Shown here one piece after another: positions 52,276 through 64,000 of a DNA stretch of 64,000 bases (position 1 is the stretch's first letter; the number at the start of each line of letters is the position of its first letter). A program made the position numbers and the translations under genes. Source of the stretch: Podarcis vaucheri (taxonomy: Eukaryota); the NCBI GenBank assembly GCA_965113315.1, contig OZ220364.1, one strand, 5' to 3'. The notes below the pieces were generated by a model. That model made no database searches, was not told the origin of the DNA, and saw only the letters and a program-made list of their open reading frames with translations.

Positions 52276-53225
52276 TTACAAGCCTTTGCAATGAGGAGTC
52301 ACCAGTCTTTTGGTGTCCATGGGCACATCTTTTGGGCCTCATGCACAGCACAACCTAATCTTTGTCAGATTCCAGCTCTCCTCAGCTGCATCACATAGCA
52401 CAGAAAGCACAAAGAAATGGGGGAAATGGGCAGCAGAAAGCAAAGCAGAATGTTTATTAGGAATCTATTGTCAACTAGTGCTAGCCTGAATGATAGCTTG
52501 TTACAGTCTCTAAAATTATCACATGAAAATAATGACAAAGGTTTTGGGCAGGTGAGGAGATCCTAGCCACATCAACCCCTTCTCCAGACTTGTATAGATC
52601 ACATGGAATTCCTTGAGACTATAATTTCAGGCTACAGATGGGAGACTATAAACTGGAATATTCTCCAAGAAACCAATGGAAAACCAGCAGTATAGGCAGG
52701 GGGCTCTATCTAAGCCTTCTCCCCAAAGGCACAAATTTTCCAGGTACGGGTAGTTGTTTTCAAAAGTGGAGTTCTTTTGCACTACCAAAGTATATTTCCT
52801 ATTCAAAACAGTCACGGTCCTAGATCTAACACATCTGCTGTTGGGTCAAAATACTACATGTATTTATTTTACTGTGAAAGAAATAAAGGGCAAACAGCAT
52901 GGCACTTCGATGCCTCAAGCCAGGAAGAATGAAGCCAGTTATAAAAGGAGCTGAACAGGGGGCTCTTTTATCCAGGCCCTGCCTAAGACACGAGTTTAAA
53001 CCACAGGCAGTCCAGGGACCTGTTGTTTCTCTCAAAGGCCACTCAAAGAAAACTAGGTTATACGTAGAAAAGAAAAGAAAAAAGGGTCAGCCAGGCAACA
53101 AGTACTGTATTGTGGAAACCAATAATGGTAAATAAGGTTAAAGTGAAACAAACAGAACCAGGTTTCCAGAAAAGTGAAGGCAACCTCCTCCCAGGAAAAT
53201 AATGGGAAATATGGTGCTCAGCTTA

Positions 53226-53378
<153 letters not shown>

Positions 53379-54267
53379 CTAGCAAGGACAAACCAAGGCG
53401 GAAACATGGCGCAAACTGTGGGATATGTAGCGTCGCGTTGTGCTGAGGACATTCATGTATCCTACCCTAACTTAGCAATACACCTTTATCCTACCTTAAC
53501 AATGTACATTGCTAAATTGCCGCCTCATTTTTCTAGATCCTGCTCTTCCCCACCATATACAAATGCACAGGCATGTTGATGAGAAGAGTCACCAACTAAC
53601 TGGACATGTCACCACTGTAAATGAGTGGGACTAAGATGAAACTGTGTCCAATCCTTGGTTTATTAATTGGTCTGATGAACTATGTTTTCCCAAACTCACA
53701 TTCTCATAGGCCTCACCCACCTCTCACCGTTCTTTAGCCTTCTTCGTCACATTATACCTATTCTTGATGGGCAAAGTGGCCCTGATAGCTTCCAGATACA
53801 GATCTTGACATAAAAATGAGAACTAATGAGAACACAGCAGCCTTAAAATCACATTAAAATCCCACACAAAAGGCATCTTAAGCACACTTCCTTTGGCAAA
53901 AAATGTAGAGGCTGAACAGGACCAGGCTCAAAGAACTAGGCTCGCACACCTCAAAAGGCATTGTGACTGTGCAAGAGAAGGGAGAGATGAGGCACAATGC
54001 CAGGGTGTCCTGAGTTGCTCTGGTGGAAAGCCTCCCTTTACCGGATGTTTACATATAAATTCAGCAGCTCTGGTTTTATCAATAAGAACAGTTTAATATC
54101 CTGTAATATAATTTGAAGATTCTGAGCATATGAGGGACAAGGCTCTAATTCTTCCTGACGGTCTGAGAGATAAGGCTCAGCTTGTAGACATTGACAATGC
54201 AATATTATCTAAAACCTGCTTACTTGCTGTCCACCTTGTTATTTTAAGAAGAATCTGTGGATAGCTA

Positions 54268-54411
<144 letters not shown>

Positions 54412-56229
54412 CTATTCAATATTTGAAATAACCAATTTCAGAATTATAATACAGCAGGGATAACCATTTGTTCCTTAGTAAGCAGGTCTAAACATTATAT
54501 ACTTCACTATTGCTTGAAATAATATTTTTGTTCTACATTTTTCAAAACTGATAAGATTCTATCTAATAGAATAAGTGCTCACTTTTTAAATGGAACCCTG
54601 TTTTATTACTATTTAAGGTAAGGGTATACAGAATGTAAAGAGCCATTTTCCCTCACATATTTAGCTCTCTTTTCCCATACCCCTCTTCCCACATGTAGGA
54701 ATACCAAATAACAGTTATCTTTTTGGATTAAGTTCTGCTGCATTGGGATACTATAAACTTTCAAGTTACAAATGAATTTTATTTAGATAAAATGGTAGAG
54801 GAAACATTTCCTGCAATTTATATTGCAGGAACAAACCCCAGTAGAATCTGTAGATCATTTTGTTAAAAATTAGATTTTTATTTTTTTAAAGGCTGAATAA
54901 ATCTGGCAAGGCAGCCCAAGGTAAGCATCTGTGCAAGCAAGATAATTCCAGGATTACATTTACATGCAAAACTGTGCTTCACCCTAAAATTTTAGTTTTT
55001 AGTTGTTGTTTTAAATCAACATATAACAAACTAATGTAATAGCTTCAAAATCTGAACTTTTGTACTTTTGTTTCCTGCTCTCTTTCCGTGCTCCCACAGT
55101 GCCACTGTAACATGGTTTACCATTATGTCCTTGTGCCATTACACGGCTTTTTCTGCCCTATCCCAAATAATTTTAAGCAGCCATCGGATACCAACCCACC
55201 ATTCTTGAAATCTCATAAGTGGTTCTAGCAAGGCAGTACAGCTGCAATTCCTAAATCACTATCTTTGAATTCTGCTCATACTAGCTCAAGTCCTCAGATG
55301 GAGATCAGGCAGCCCTAAAGCCACAGAACTATTAGTGAAAAAATGATAATAATGAGAGCAGTCCAGTTGTCATACCGGGCACAAACGTAATAGCACTTAA
55401 ACCTCATTAGGGGGCTGATTGGAAGCACCAATTCAAGGCTGTGGATTACTAACAGCGGCGGCTTTAATGATTGTGACCCCAGAACTGTCAGGTAATGCCA
55501 AAGTGACAGAGCCTGAAATTACAACATTTGCCTCATCCATCTGTACATTTCTAACCAATTAAGAAGCAGAAGGAAATAGACCATGTGTATGACCTGCTTT
55601 TGCCCGAAACCCCCTCCTGCAACAAGGGACAATACAGTTCAGAAAAGATGTCTGTAAAGTGTGATAGGGAACAGAGGATACAGTGAACAAGACAGCTTAT
55701 TCTAGCTAGTCAGCCAGTACAAAGTATTCTAAACCATCTATGAACTGAATGGGGGGGGGGGTATTTGTGAGGGAACCTGCCAATGTATATAGCTTTTGAG
55801 AACCAAGTTTGGAGTCATGGGAGAGAGCTAGGCTAAAGACCCAAATGGCATGCGATTACCTCTGTGTCCCTCTGTCTTTCTCTCTGTCTCTCTCTCAGCC
55901 ATCCTACTTATAATAGAACTGAAATATCAAGCCACCATTCTGATTCCTTATAACCTGTAGGGAGCCCACTGTTGTGATTTTGAATAGCAACCAGGAATCT
56001 TGACAGGAACATCTGTGGATATTCTGTCCAAGTCACAGGTTCTGACACCAATATGCAGCCTGTCAGCCAGAAGCTCCTTGAACAGAGTCTCAAAAAATGA
56101 AGCCATTCCTCCCTCCCACAATATAGCACCCTTTGAACAAGATTCCCTGTGATACTGGCTTTCTTAACACCAAGGACCAGATCCAACAGGCGGCCATTTC
56201 CTTTTTCTGCAAAGCCTTTTTTAATAAAG

Positions 56230-56867
56230 CCCCTTGCGCCAAATTTGTGGTGCGCAAGGCTGTGGTAGGCTGGGCACTCTATCCCCTGGGGTAAGGAAGC
56301 CTATAACTTTTGATTTGCTGACCAGCATGCGCTCAAAGTTGAGGAGCATTTGCTGGTTCAAATATGAAGCACGGCGTTTTTCAGCCGCCTTTTCTTTATC
56401 CTTTTTTGGCGGCCCGAGGGTAGGTGAGGTGGTATTGGAGTTCACCCGCGGCAGAGAGTCAAGGGGACTGCTTTTGCAGGACGTAACTCTATCCCCTTCG
56501 GAGGTGGTCCTGTTTATCTGGAATTCGAAGACAGACCAGTTAGGCAGGGGTGTCACTCTTAGGGTGCCTGCCACTGGAAATAAGGGTCCTTCGCCAGTTA
56601 AGGATACCTCCAGGTATTTGGATCACGGGGGGAGGGTCCATTCCTTTTTCATGAGGATGGTGCCCCGTTGGCTAGGCATCAATTTGCTAAGGTGATGCGG
56701 TAAGCGATTGCAGCTTGTGGTTTGAAAGCAGCAGGTTACGCCCCTCATTCTTCCGCAATGGTGCTGCCACTACAGCAGCTCATTGGGGACTGTCTGTAGA
56801 AAGAATTAAGAACATGCACCGTTGGAAGTCCAATGCATTTTGTGGATATGTGCATAGACATCATTGA
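56230..56867 (+). pseudogene. Tyrosine recombinase of the DIRS/Ngaro element, with frameshifts and an internal stop
   Basis: AAFSLSFFGGPRVGE (Arg), SKTDQLGRG (Lys), PFLFHEDGAPLARHQF, YAPHS/RNGAATTAA (HxxR across a 1-nt frameshift), RWKSNAFCGYV (Trp, Tyr), TGA at 56865-56867. Confidence 0.88.
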
Positions 56868-56900
56868 TCACCCATACTTATATTTGCTTGTCTTCTCTTA

Positions 56901-57448
56901 GGTGTGGCTGCTGTTCGCATTGTGGGCCACAGCATTGTCTACTGGGCCGGTATCAGAGCAAGGGAGTCTGGATTGGACTCAGTCTTGGCTTTCCTCAACA
57001 CGCGCAAGTGTCTTGGCTGTCCAGGCATGGAATGCTGTGGGCCGAATTGCTTCCCCTTGTTCGGAAGCATGTGAGGTTGGAGGGGCCCCCTACAGCTATC
57101 GTGCTGCAGTTAGGGGGAAATGATCTGCTTTCCACGGACTGTTGTTCTTTACGTTTTACAGTTCAAAAGGACCTGGCTGAATTGGCAGAGTTTTTGCTGG
57201 GTGTGAAAGTTTTTTGGTCCCAGTTGCTGCAGAGACGCACCTGGCGTGGCAGTCGCTGTCCGGCCGCCACTGATGGAGCCAGAAAGCATGTTAATAAGGT
57301 GGCAATGAAAGCAGTCATTGCTCATGGTGGTTCTGCGATTGCACACCCAGATATCACCTTCAAGGCGGCCGTCCTTTTCAGGGACAATGGTGTGCATCTT
57401 TCCCCGTTGGGAAATGACACATGGTTAAATTCTGTTGTGTGGGTTTGA
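56901..57448 (+). pseudogene. SGNH/GDSL hydrolase (esterase) ORF of the element, one frameshift near 56970
   Basis: Block I VRIVGHSIVYWA (frame starting 56901), block II HGMLW, block III VLQLGGNDL, block V FRDNGVHLS (ORF 56864..57448 frame). Confidence 0.85.
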
Positions 57449-58754
57449 AGGTGGGGCTGCAGTTGTGAGTGGTTGGCGGCGAGCTTGAGTGCTCGGTGGC
57501 GGTTAGGCATTGGTTTATGGTTTGGTTGGTGGAGGGGCAGTGGTTGAGTGCCTGCCCTTGGTAGGTTGAGTGCCTGCCCCTCTAATGCTGCTGCTGCAAG
57601 GGATTCCGTTAAAGGAACTGGGGGCTAACTATTGCTTGTCCACTCTGTCAAGGGGGCTCGGGCCATAGCAATGAGCTCCTGGTTGCATTTGGGGTGAGGG
57701 CAGGTTCCCTGCTCCGCGTAACCCCCAAGTGTATTCCCCTATTCTGACTTTCGCATCGTGCGAATGTCAGTCTGTCCCCCATGGTGGGGGCAGATAGTCG
57801 CAACCAATGCCTAAACAACCACTCACAAATTTGTATTTCAATAAAGTTGTGGCCAAAATTATGCCAAAAATCTTAAACAAAAAATTCTGTATGATGTGTG
57901 AGTTATTGGGGTGGCCCTGGGGACCTCAACACGCGACTGGTTAAATTGTCTCTCTTTTGCTTGGATTAGCCATTGCCTGCTGCAGCACACATTTAATAAT
58001 GTCAGCCCCTCTCTTCACATTGGGAGGAAATTGATTTAATTAAGTATCTCCATACGCTTAATTCATCTTATAATGACAAAATCATCATGAACAACAGTTA
58101 TGGAAAACAGACATTTTCTGAATTGCCCGGGAAGACAAGTGAAGTAACATTCTAGTCAATACAAATCAAAGGCTTGCAGGATATGTTTTGTGATACTAGC
58201 ATGCAGGACTTTCTCCCGATCCTGCAAATGAGCAGCAAAACATTTTTCATGTGGAACAGCACAACCGAAGCTCATTTGCTGATAAAAGTAAGTCTTAAAA
58301 ATAGCTCCCAACATGCTAATATCCATCAAGAAGTAATTATGTATGTTTAAATTGCTAAAAATCCACACATATCCCTCAATACAGTATTAAAACATTATAG
58401 CTAGCCACTTAAAAAATACTGCCCCATAATTCCATACATGGCCAATAAGAGGAAATTTGGATGGCTTTGAACAAGCTTTGTTAGAAGATAGGAATGGCCA
58501 GAACTAGGGGTTCTTACAATCAACAACTGATACACGCAAAATAGTTCTCCTCCCTATTATATGAATCAGGGTTATCCAAATTTCCTAATTTACTATGTTC
58601 AGTATATAAATGTTCTAGATTATTTGTTATTCCCATAGTTATGGAAAGAGAATTTGGAGACTGCCTCTAAGGACATCACCTCTCAACTGTTCTTAAGTTC
58701 CTCTATTCCAAAGCAATAAGGAAATGAACAGAAGTTCTCTCCTATGCTCCAAAC

Positions 58755-58890
58755 CAGGCATAGCTAAACTTGGCCCTCCAGATGTTTTGGGACTACAATT
58801 CCCATCATCCCTGACCACTGGTCCTGTTAGCTAGGGATGATGGGAGCTGTAGTCCCAAAACATCTGGAGGGCCAAGTTTGGCCATGCCTG
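58755..58890. mobile_element. Palindromic hAT-type MITE, young
   Basis: CAGGCAT...ATGCCTG ends; arms of ~58 bp nearly fully complementary; 8-bp TSD CTCCAAAC / CTCTAAAC. Confidence 0.9.
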
Positions 58891-58965
58891 CTCTAAACTG
58901 AAGACAAAAAACTCGTACCTGGTCCCTCCCTGCTTCAAATGTCTTGATGAATCAATATCCTAAAA

Positions 58966-59071
58966 CAGGTGTGGGCTCCAGTTGTTGTCAAACCCCAGTT
59001 CCCATTATTTTTGGAGTTCAAGAGAGCTGGAGTTCAACAGCATCTGGAGGGTCAACAGTTCTCCATCCTTG
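58966..59071. mobile_element. Degenerate palindromic hAT-type MITE adjacent to the young copy
   Basis: ctccagttgttg...cagttcccat ... gagctggagttcaacagcatctggaggg. Confidence 0.55.
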
Positions 59072-59455
59072 TTCTAAATCCTCTGAGAATACTTACATTC
59101 TCTCTCGATTTCTGTTGCTTGACAGCACAGCTTAGATGGTTAGACAAGAGCGGATGAGAGAAAAGCCAATAACTTGGGACTTGTCTCCTAGTGAAGTGGT
59201 TCAGTTTCGCTAAGTGTATCTGATCTCTACAACTGTAGATGAAGGCCCATACGAATAAATGGTTCCTGGACAAAAAAAAAAAAAAACCCTTCCACATATT
59301 ATTCTATTTAGATTTCTATGTGGATGAATGCCTTTTTCTCATGGAGGAACTTCCCACCTGATATCTGAAGTGGTACAGCCCACTGGTGTTCAGCTGGTGG
59401 GCTGCAACTCACTACTGAGTCGTGGCCTAATTCAAGTGGGTTGCAACAGCCGCAT

Positions 59456-59794
59456 TAAAGGTAAAGGGTAAAGGGACCCCTGACCATTAACTCCAGTCGC
59501 AGACATCTCTGGGGTTGCGGCACTCATCTCGCTCTGTAGGCCAAGGGAGCCAGCATTTGTCCGCGGACAGCTTCCAGGTCTTGTGCCCAGCATGTCTAAG
59601 CTGCTTCTGGCAAACCAGAACAGCGCACGGAAACGCTGTTTACCTTCCCACCGGAAGGTATTTATCTACCTATTTATCTACTTGCACTGGTGTGCTTTCG
59701 AACTGCTAGGTTGGCAGGAGCAGGGACCGAGCAACAGGAGCTCACCCCATTGCGGGGATTCGAAGCACCAACCTTCTGATTGGCAAGCCCTAGG
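59456..59794 (-). mobile_element. Sauria SINE, 5'-truncated
   Basis: taaaggtaaagggtaaagggacccct tail in reverse orientation; body is the reverse complement of 32966-33309. Confidence 0.9.
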
Positions 59795-61814
59795 TAAGAA
59801 TTATTTTAAGATACTGGTCCCACAAATGCATGTTTGGGTTCTGGGTCAGACAAGGTTGACGATTACTGGTATAACCTGCTGGGAACTAAGTCTCAGTTTC
59901 AAGGGCATGTGAAGGACAAGCAGATTAAATTGTGCAATAGGAGTTGGTGGTAGCATTATCTAAGATGTAGTATATGCATTCCTGGGCAGAACAAGTGGCA
60001 TGTAAACTTGCAGCCTAGTTTCAACAGACAAAACTAAAAAGTTATAGAGAGACATTTTCTTCTGTTTCTTATCTGTTATCAGTTTTGGCCTGTTGAAAAC
60101 TATCAAGACAAGACTTTTTGACGTTCTGTAGGTGAAGATAGTATTTACACTATATTGGGATTTCAGACTTATAGACTATTATGCCTGGTGCCAACAACTA
60201 TGGATACTGAGGCCACTTTGCAAGCTAGTATGGTATGACACATCATTTATGTTTTTAACCTTTCTGTAAATCAGCAGCTGTGTCTTCTTTGAGTAAATAT
60301 CAAGGAAAAATAATGCCATCATTGTTTTTCTACTTGTGGACAAGTAAAGCCCCTTGAGGTATCTGTTTCAAGGAAAGCAATTAAGCAATTAACCCAATAA
60401 CTGGAACACCTAGAACAGTGTGAAATGTGAAATCTAATTCCTGTGCTGGGCCCAGAGATGTGGGGTAGAGCATTTCCCAAAACGGAAAATCTTCTGAAAA
60501 CTTTTCCAGTGCTTACTTTTTCTATGGAAAATTCCACATTTCACAAGTTCAATAGTAGCAATGAATGGATGACTCCCAATTGCAAAAAAAAGGCAACCTA
60601 ACAGTTGCAAAGTTTTTACCTTTGTTTAGTAAGTACAGGTAAAATAAATATGCTAAATTACATCACTTTCGAGAGCATCTTGCATAGGATTCCACACACA
60701 CGCCCATTCTTCCCCAGTTCAAGTAACCTCCTGTAACCTCCAGTACCAACTCAACTAGTTTATCTACTGTTAGGCAGTGGAGAAGCCTGACATACCAGCA
60801 GAATCCTGATTGCCACCCGCAACTTCAGCAGCAAAAGTACAGATGTTCTGTATCACATGAATTTGTCCCTCAGTCATTTTCTACAGGCTAGAATAACTTA
60901 GTGATCACAGCTACTTGTCTATCAGAATCTACACCGATCTTGTAGCAAGTATACAGGTAGAAACCATCCAGGCAGATTCTAGTCCAGACATAGCGTCAGA
61001 CATTAGTAATATATTTCAGAGCAGTAGGCTCATTGCATGTTCAGAACAAAGGCATTTGTGGTGTGATTGAGCATGCAGGACAATTTCAGTTTCACAGAGC
61101 AACGTGCACAGGCCTCTTGAGTGAAAATGGCCTTAGGTGGTAACCCTATAAACATTTCCTTGTGGAGTAAGTCTCACACTTGCACTTACTTCCAAGTAAA
61201 AACACATAGGATTGAACTATTAACAATGTAGCTATTACACATTAACTGCTGGTTACTAAGCCCTTATGAATCACTAGCCAAGTTATTTTGGAAGTTTGGT
61301 CACAGATACACCCACACACCCACACCAACAAAGCTGCTTCTAAAGACTTTGGAAAATCTAATAGCAAAGAATAATCCCAAACGCTGGCATAGGCCCATAG
61401 AAAATGAACCCCTGTTTTTCCAGGTCTTTATCTTGATCTCACCACTGGAAGTCAAGAATGACCACAAACGGGATCACTGACTCCTTAAGCTGCAAATAAT
61501 AGGTTTCTGTGGCTAGATTGATATTGGGATAAGCAAATTAAAAGGGAAAGACCTCATAGGCTCACAGTGTATTTTAAAGTTGGTCAAGGAAGCAGACTGA
61601 GAAAAGAAACAAAGGCATATTGATATCCAGCAATGACTATAATCACAAAGGGCAGGGATATAGATGGATAGGTCATAGTGATTAGGAAGAGTGACTGGCG
61701 TAATATAAAGCTGGTCCAATGAAGACACATTCTGGGAACAGTCAGGGAGACAGAGCACACATCAGCAATTTTCTCTGCTTATTTGCAGAGCTGGCACTGG
61801 GAAGTTGCAAAAAG

Positions 61815-62030
61815 AATGAGCTGGGAAGCCTGCAGTTCAAATTTCAGCACCCCCAAAATTCTCTTGATGACTGTCAGCAAGGCATTAGCCCACATCTGCA
61901 ATGCAGGAATAATAACCCTGGCCTGCCTCATGTGGCTGCTGTAAGGATTACTGATGCAATTATATATGTGGAGCCCTTAGTGGGGCCAAAAAATGGGATG
62001 AATATGTTTTTATTGTGTTTAAATAACTAA
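61815..62030 (+). mobile_element. Old MIR/Ther1-like SINE
   Basis: gttcaaattt, catctgcaatgcaggaataataa, cctgcctcatgtggctgctgtaaggatta. Confidence 0.5.
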
Positions 62031-63524
62031 TTAAAAATAGCATGTTGCATGCTTGAGTGAACCCTACTGGTCTTTCTCTTGAACCCTGCTGCCATATCAC
62101 CCCTATAGCATCTGCATGGTGAAACATAGTGGCACTTGGAGCTGGAGAATCCTTGTTTTAAGACACTCCACAACATTAAAGCAACTTCTAGACTCTGAGG
62201 CTTGGTGGCACCTCCATCCATACTACTGCCTCAGTTGTTGGTTCCATCGCCTAGTCCTTTCCTTGCTGCTGCAGTATCTCTGCCTGAACACCCTACACCA
62301 CTGTGTACCCACATGTATTCGCTATGTGTCCGTTGCAATCTACAACAGCACTTGCTTGCTTCTAGAGCTGACAACCACAGAACAGACCTTCCAGAGACAA
62401 ACATAACCTTGGCTTTAGAAGCAAATGTCAGGCAGGTGCCTGACAAGATGGGGAACACACCAACTTCCTGGAGGTGTCCTTTAATTGCCTCTGGAAATCA
62501 GGTAATTGCCTCTGCTATAATTATTGTGGAAATGTATTTGAAGAGTTCAATTAATGGCAAAAAAAACCCCAAATATTGAAGAGCTTAACCTGTCAATAGT
62601 GAGATAAATTACTTTTGGCAAGTAATTAGAATCAGATATTTCTGTATAAGTTGCATTTCCTTAATTATGCAGGCCAGAAACAGTGTGTGTGTGTATCACA
62701 GCTAAATTCACAACTATGGGGCAAGTCCCCTTTGCCATTTTCAGCCCTGTATAAATTAGTTTGCTGTACCTTTACCATGTAGCATCATCATTTCCAATGG
62801 GACTTGAACATTAATGCACTTTGCAAGGGCTCTTGAAGTGATTGTGTCTTTTCTTACAAAATCTAAGAGGATATAAGTCTTTTGCTCTTGCAATATGACC
62901 CCATTCTACAAATGTTTTGCCAGTTTAAGTAGCTTGGATCTGTGTGGAAAAATCTACAGATCAGCATTTGGGATGAAAATGATGGTGATGATGATGATTT
63001 TAACAGTTTGGATAGCAGTACATCTGGAGTTGAGATGCAATTGTTCATTTTTTCTCCACTTTATTTCTCACTGGACACTTCCAGAAATATGTTTATCTTA
63101 GGATGGCTGCTCCTCATGCATGCAGTTTTTTGCAGCATCCACACAACATTTATAGCATCAAAATGCCAGCCCGTATTCCCCCACCCCATTTAATCAGTAT
63201 TTATCCTTTCCAGGAAAAATGCAGTAAGTTTTTTTAAAAGACACACACACAAACAAAAACCTATTGCCAACAACTTGCTTATAATATCTTATTGACACAT
63301 TATATACCCTTAGATAATGTTGAGCACTCCTCTTAAACACTTCTGAATAACAATCTTTAAGTAATTGCATTTGCTTGCCATGCCCCCACCTCCCCACCCC
63401 AATTGGCAAGCAAAATTATTATGGTACATGGTATCATCCCATTTTATCTTCCTAACAACCTGCAGCAAGTGACTTGCCCAAAGCCATTCAATGAACTTCA
63501 TGGAAGATCACTGAATGTTGGCTG

Positions 63525-63835
63525 CATCAGGACAAGCAAAAGAAAGTACTTTTTCACACAACTATGAATTTCACTTCCTCACAGGTTAGTGATAGCCACC
63601 ACCTTGGATGACCTTAAATGAGGATTAGACAAATTCATGAAGGATAAGGCTATCAATGGGTACCAGTATCAATGGCTATGTTCTGCCATCACTGTTGAAG
63701 GCAGTATGCCTCTGAATGCCAGCTGCTGGGAATCACAAGAGGGGAGAATGCTCTTTTGCTCAGGTCTTGCTTTGGGGTTTCGCATAGGCATCTGGCTGGC
63801 CATTGTAAGAATAACCACTGGTTAAAACAGCAGGG
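63525..63835 (+). mobile_element. CR1-like LINE 3' end
   Basis: ggacaagcaaaagaaagtactttttcacaca...aggattagacaaattcatgaaggataaggctatcaat; same family as 36695-37055. Confidence 0.65.
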
Positions 63836-64000
63836 CTTTGGCTTTAAATATTGAGCAGAGGTCAGATTATTTAACCACTACAAATCTGTCCTCTTGAGTG
63901 GCCTTGGGCAAGTAATTTCCCTTTGTTTTTGTGACAATGAAACAGAGCAACCACGCGTAGCCTGCCCCAAGCAAGTTGAAGGAAATGGTGCTATTATAAT

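Larger units (their letters stand above)
56230..57937 (+). mobile_element. DIRS/Ngaro-type tyrosine-recombinase retrotransposon, 5'-truncated (YR, SGNH hydrolase, structured 3' region)
   Basis: GC-rich island with YR catalytic motifs followed by an SGNH ORF and AATAAA at 57840-57845; no gag or RT retained. Confidence 0.88.

Noticed and set aside
56234-56695. Phage integrase or bacterial contamination
   Set aside because: Motif style and the downstream SGNH ORF with polyA signal fit a eukaryotic DIRS/Ngaro element; flanks are continuous lizard-type intronic DNA.
58905-58965. Possible STK32A first coding exon (CAG|gtacga on the minus strand)
   Set aside because: Translation does not resemble the MG...FDENED N-terminus, there is no suitable ATG, and the phase does not fit exon 3.
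62960-63005. WDENDGDDDD text resembling the STK32 N-terminal DENED
   Set aside because: Wrong strand; it is a (GAT)n-like low-complexity run.

Overview
Vertebrate genomic DNA, not prokaryotic. The repeat content (Sauria SINE, Squam3-like SINE, Bov-B, CR1, Penelope, Tc1/mariner and hAT MITEs) indicates a squamate, most likely a lacertid lizard. Two convergent genes are present. The last coding exon and 3' UTR of DPYSL3 (CRMP4) lie on + at the left end. Eleven coding exons of the kinase STK32A (YANK1) lie on - from 54371 down to the stop at 10093; all have GT-AG junctions and consistent phases, and total 1139 nt. The first coding exon was not found and probably lies beyond the right edge. Exon numbers follow my recollection of the human gene. 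Most ORFs in the supplied track are noise. The most unusual stretch is a 5'-truncated tyrosine-recombinase retrotransposon (DIRS/Ngaro type) at ~56230-57937. It carries an SGNH hydrolase ORF with no ATG, which follows both an in-frame recombinase stop codon and a strong splice acceptor, and then a highly self-complementary 3' region. Other notable items: a Penelope-like insertion with perfect 51-bp inverted arms enclosing a clipped hammerhead ribozyme core, an unexplained 79-nt near-perfect hairpin in an STK32A intron, and a strong CTCF motif between the two coding regions. I see no evidence for a wholly new biological system. All repeat family names come from recall, not from a database search.
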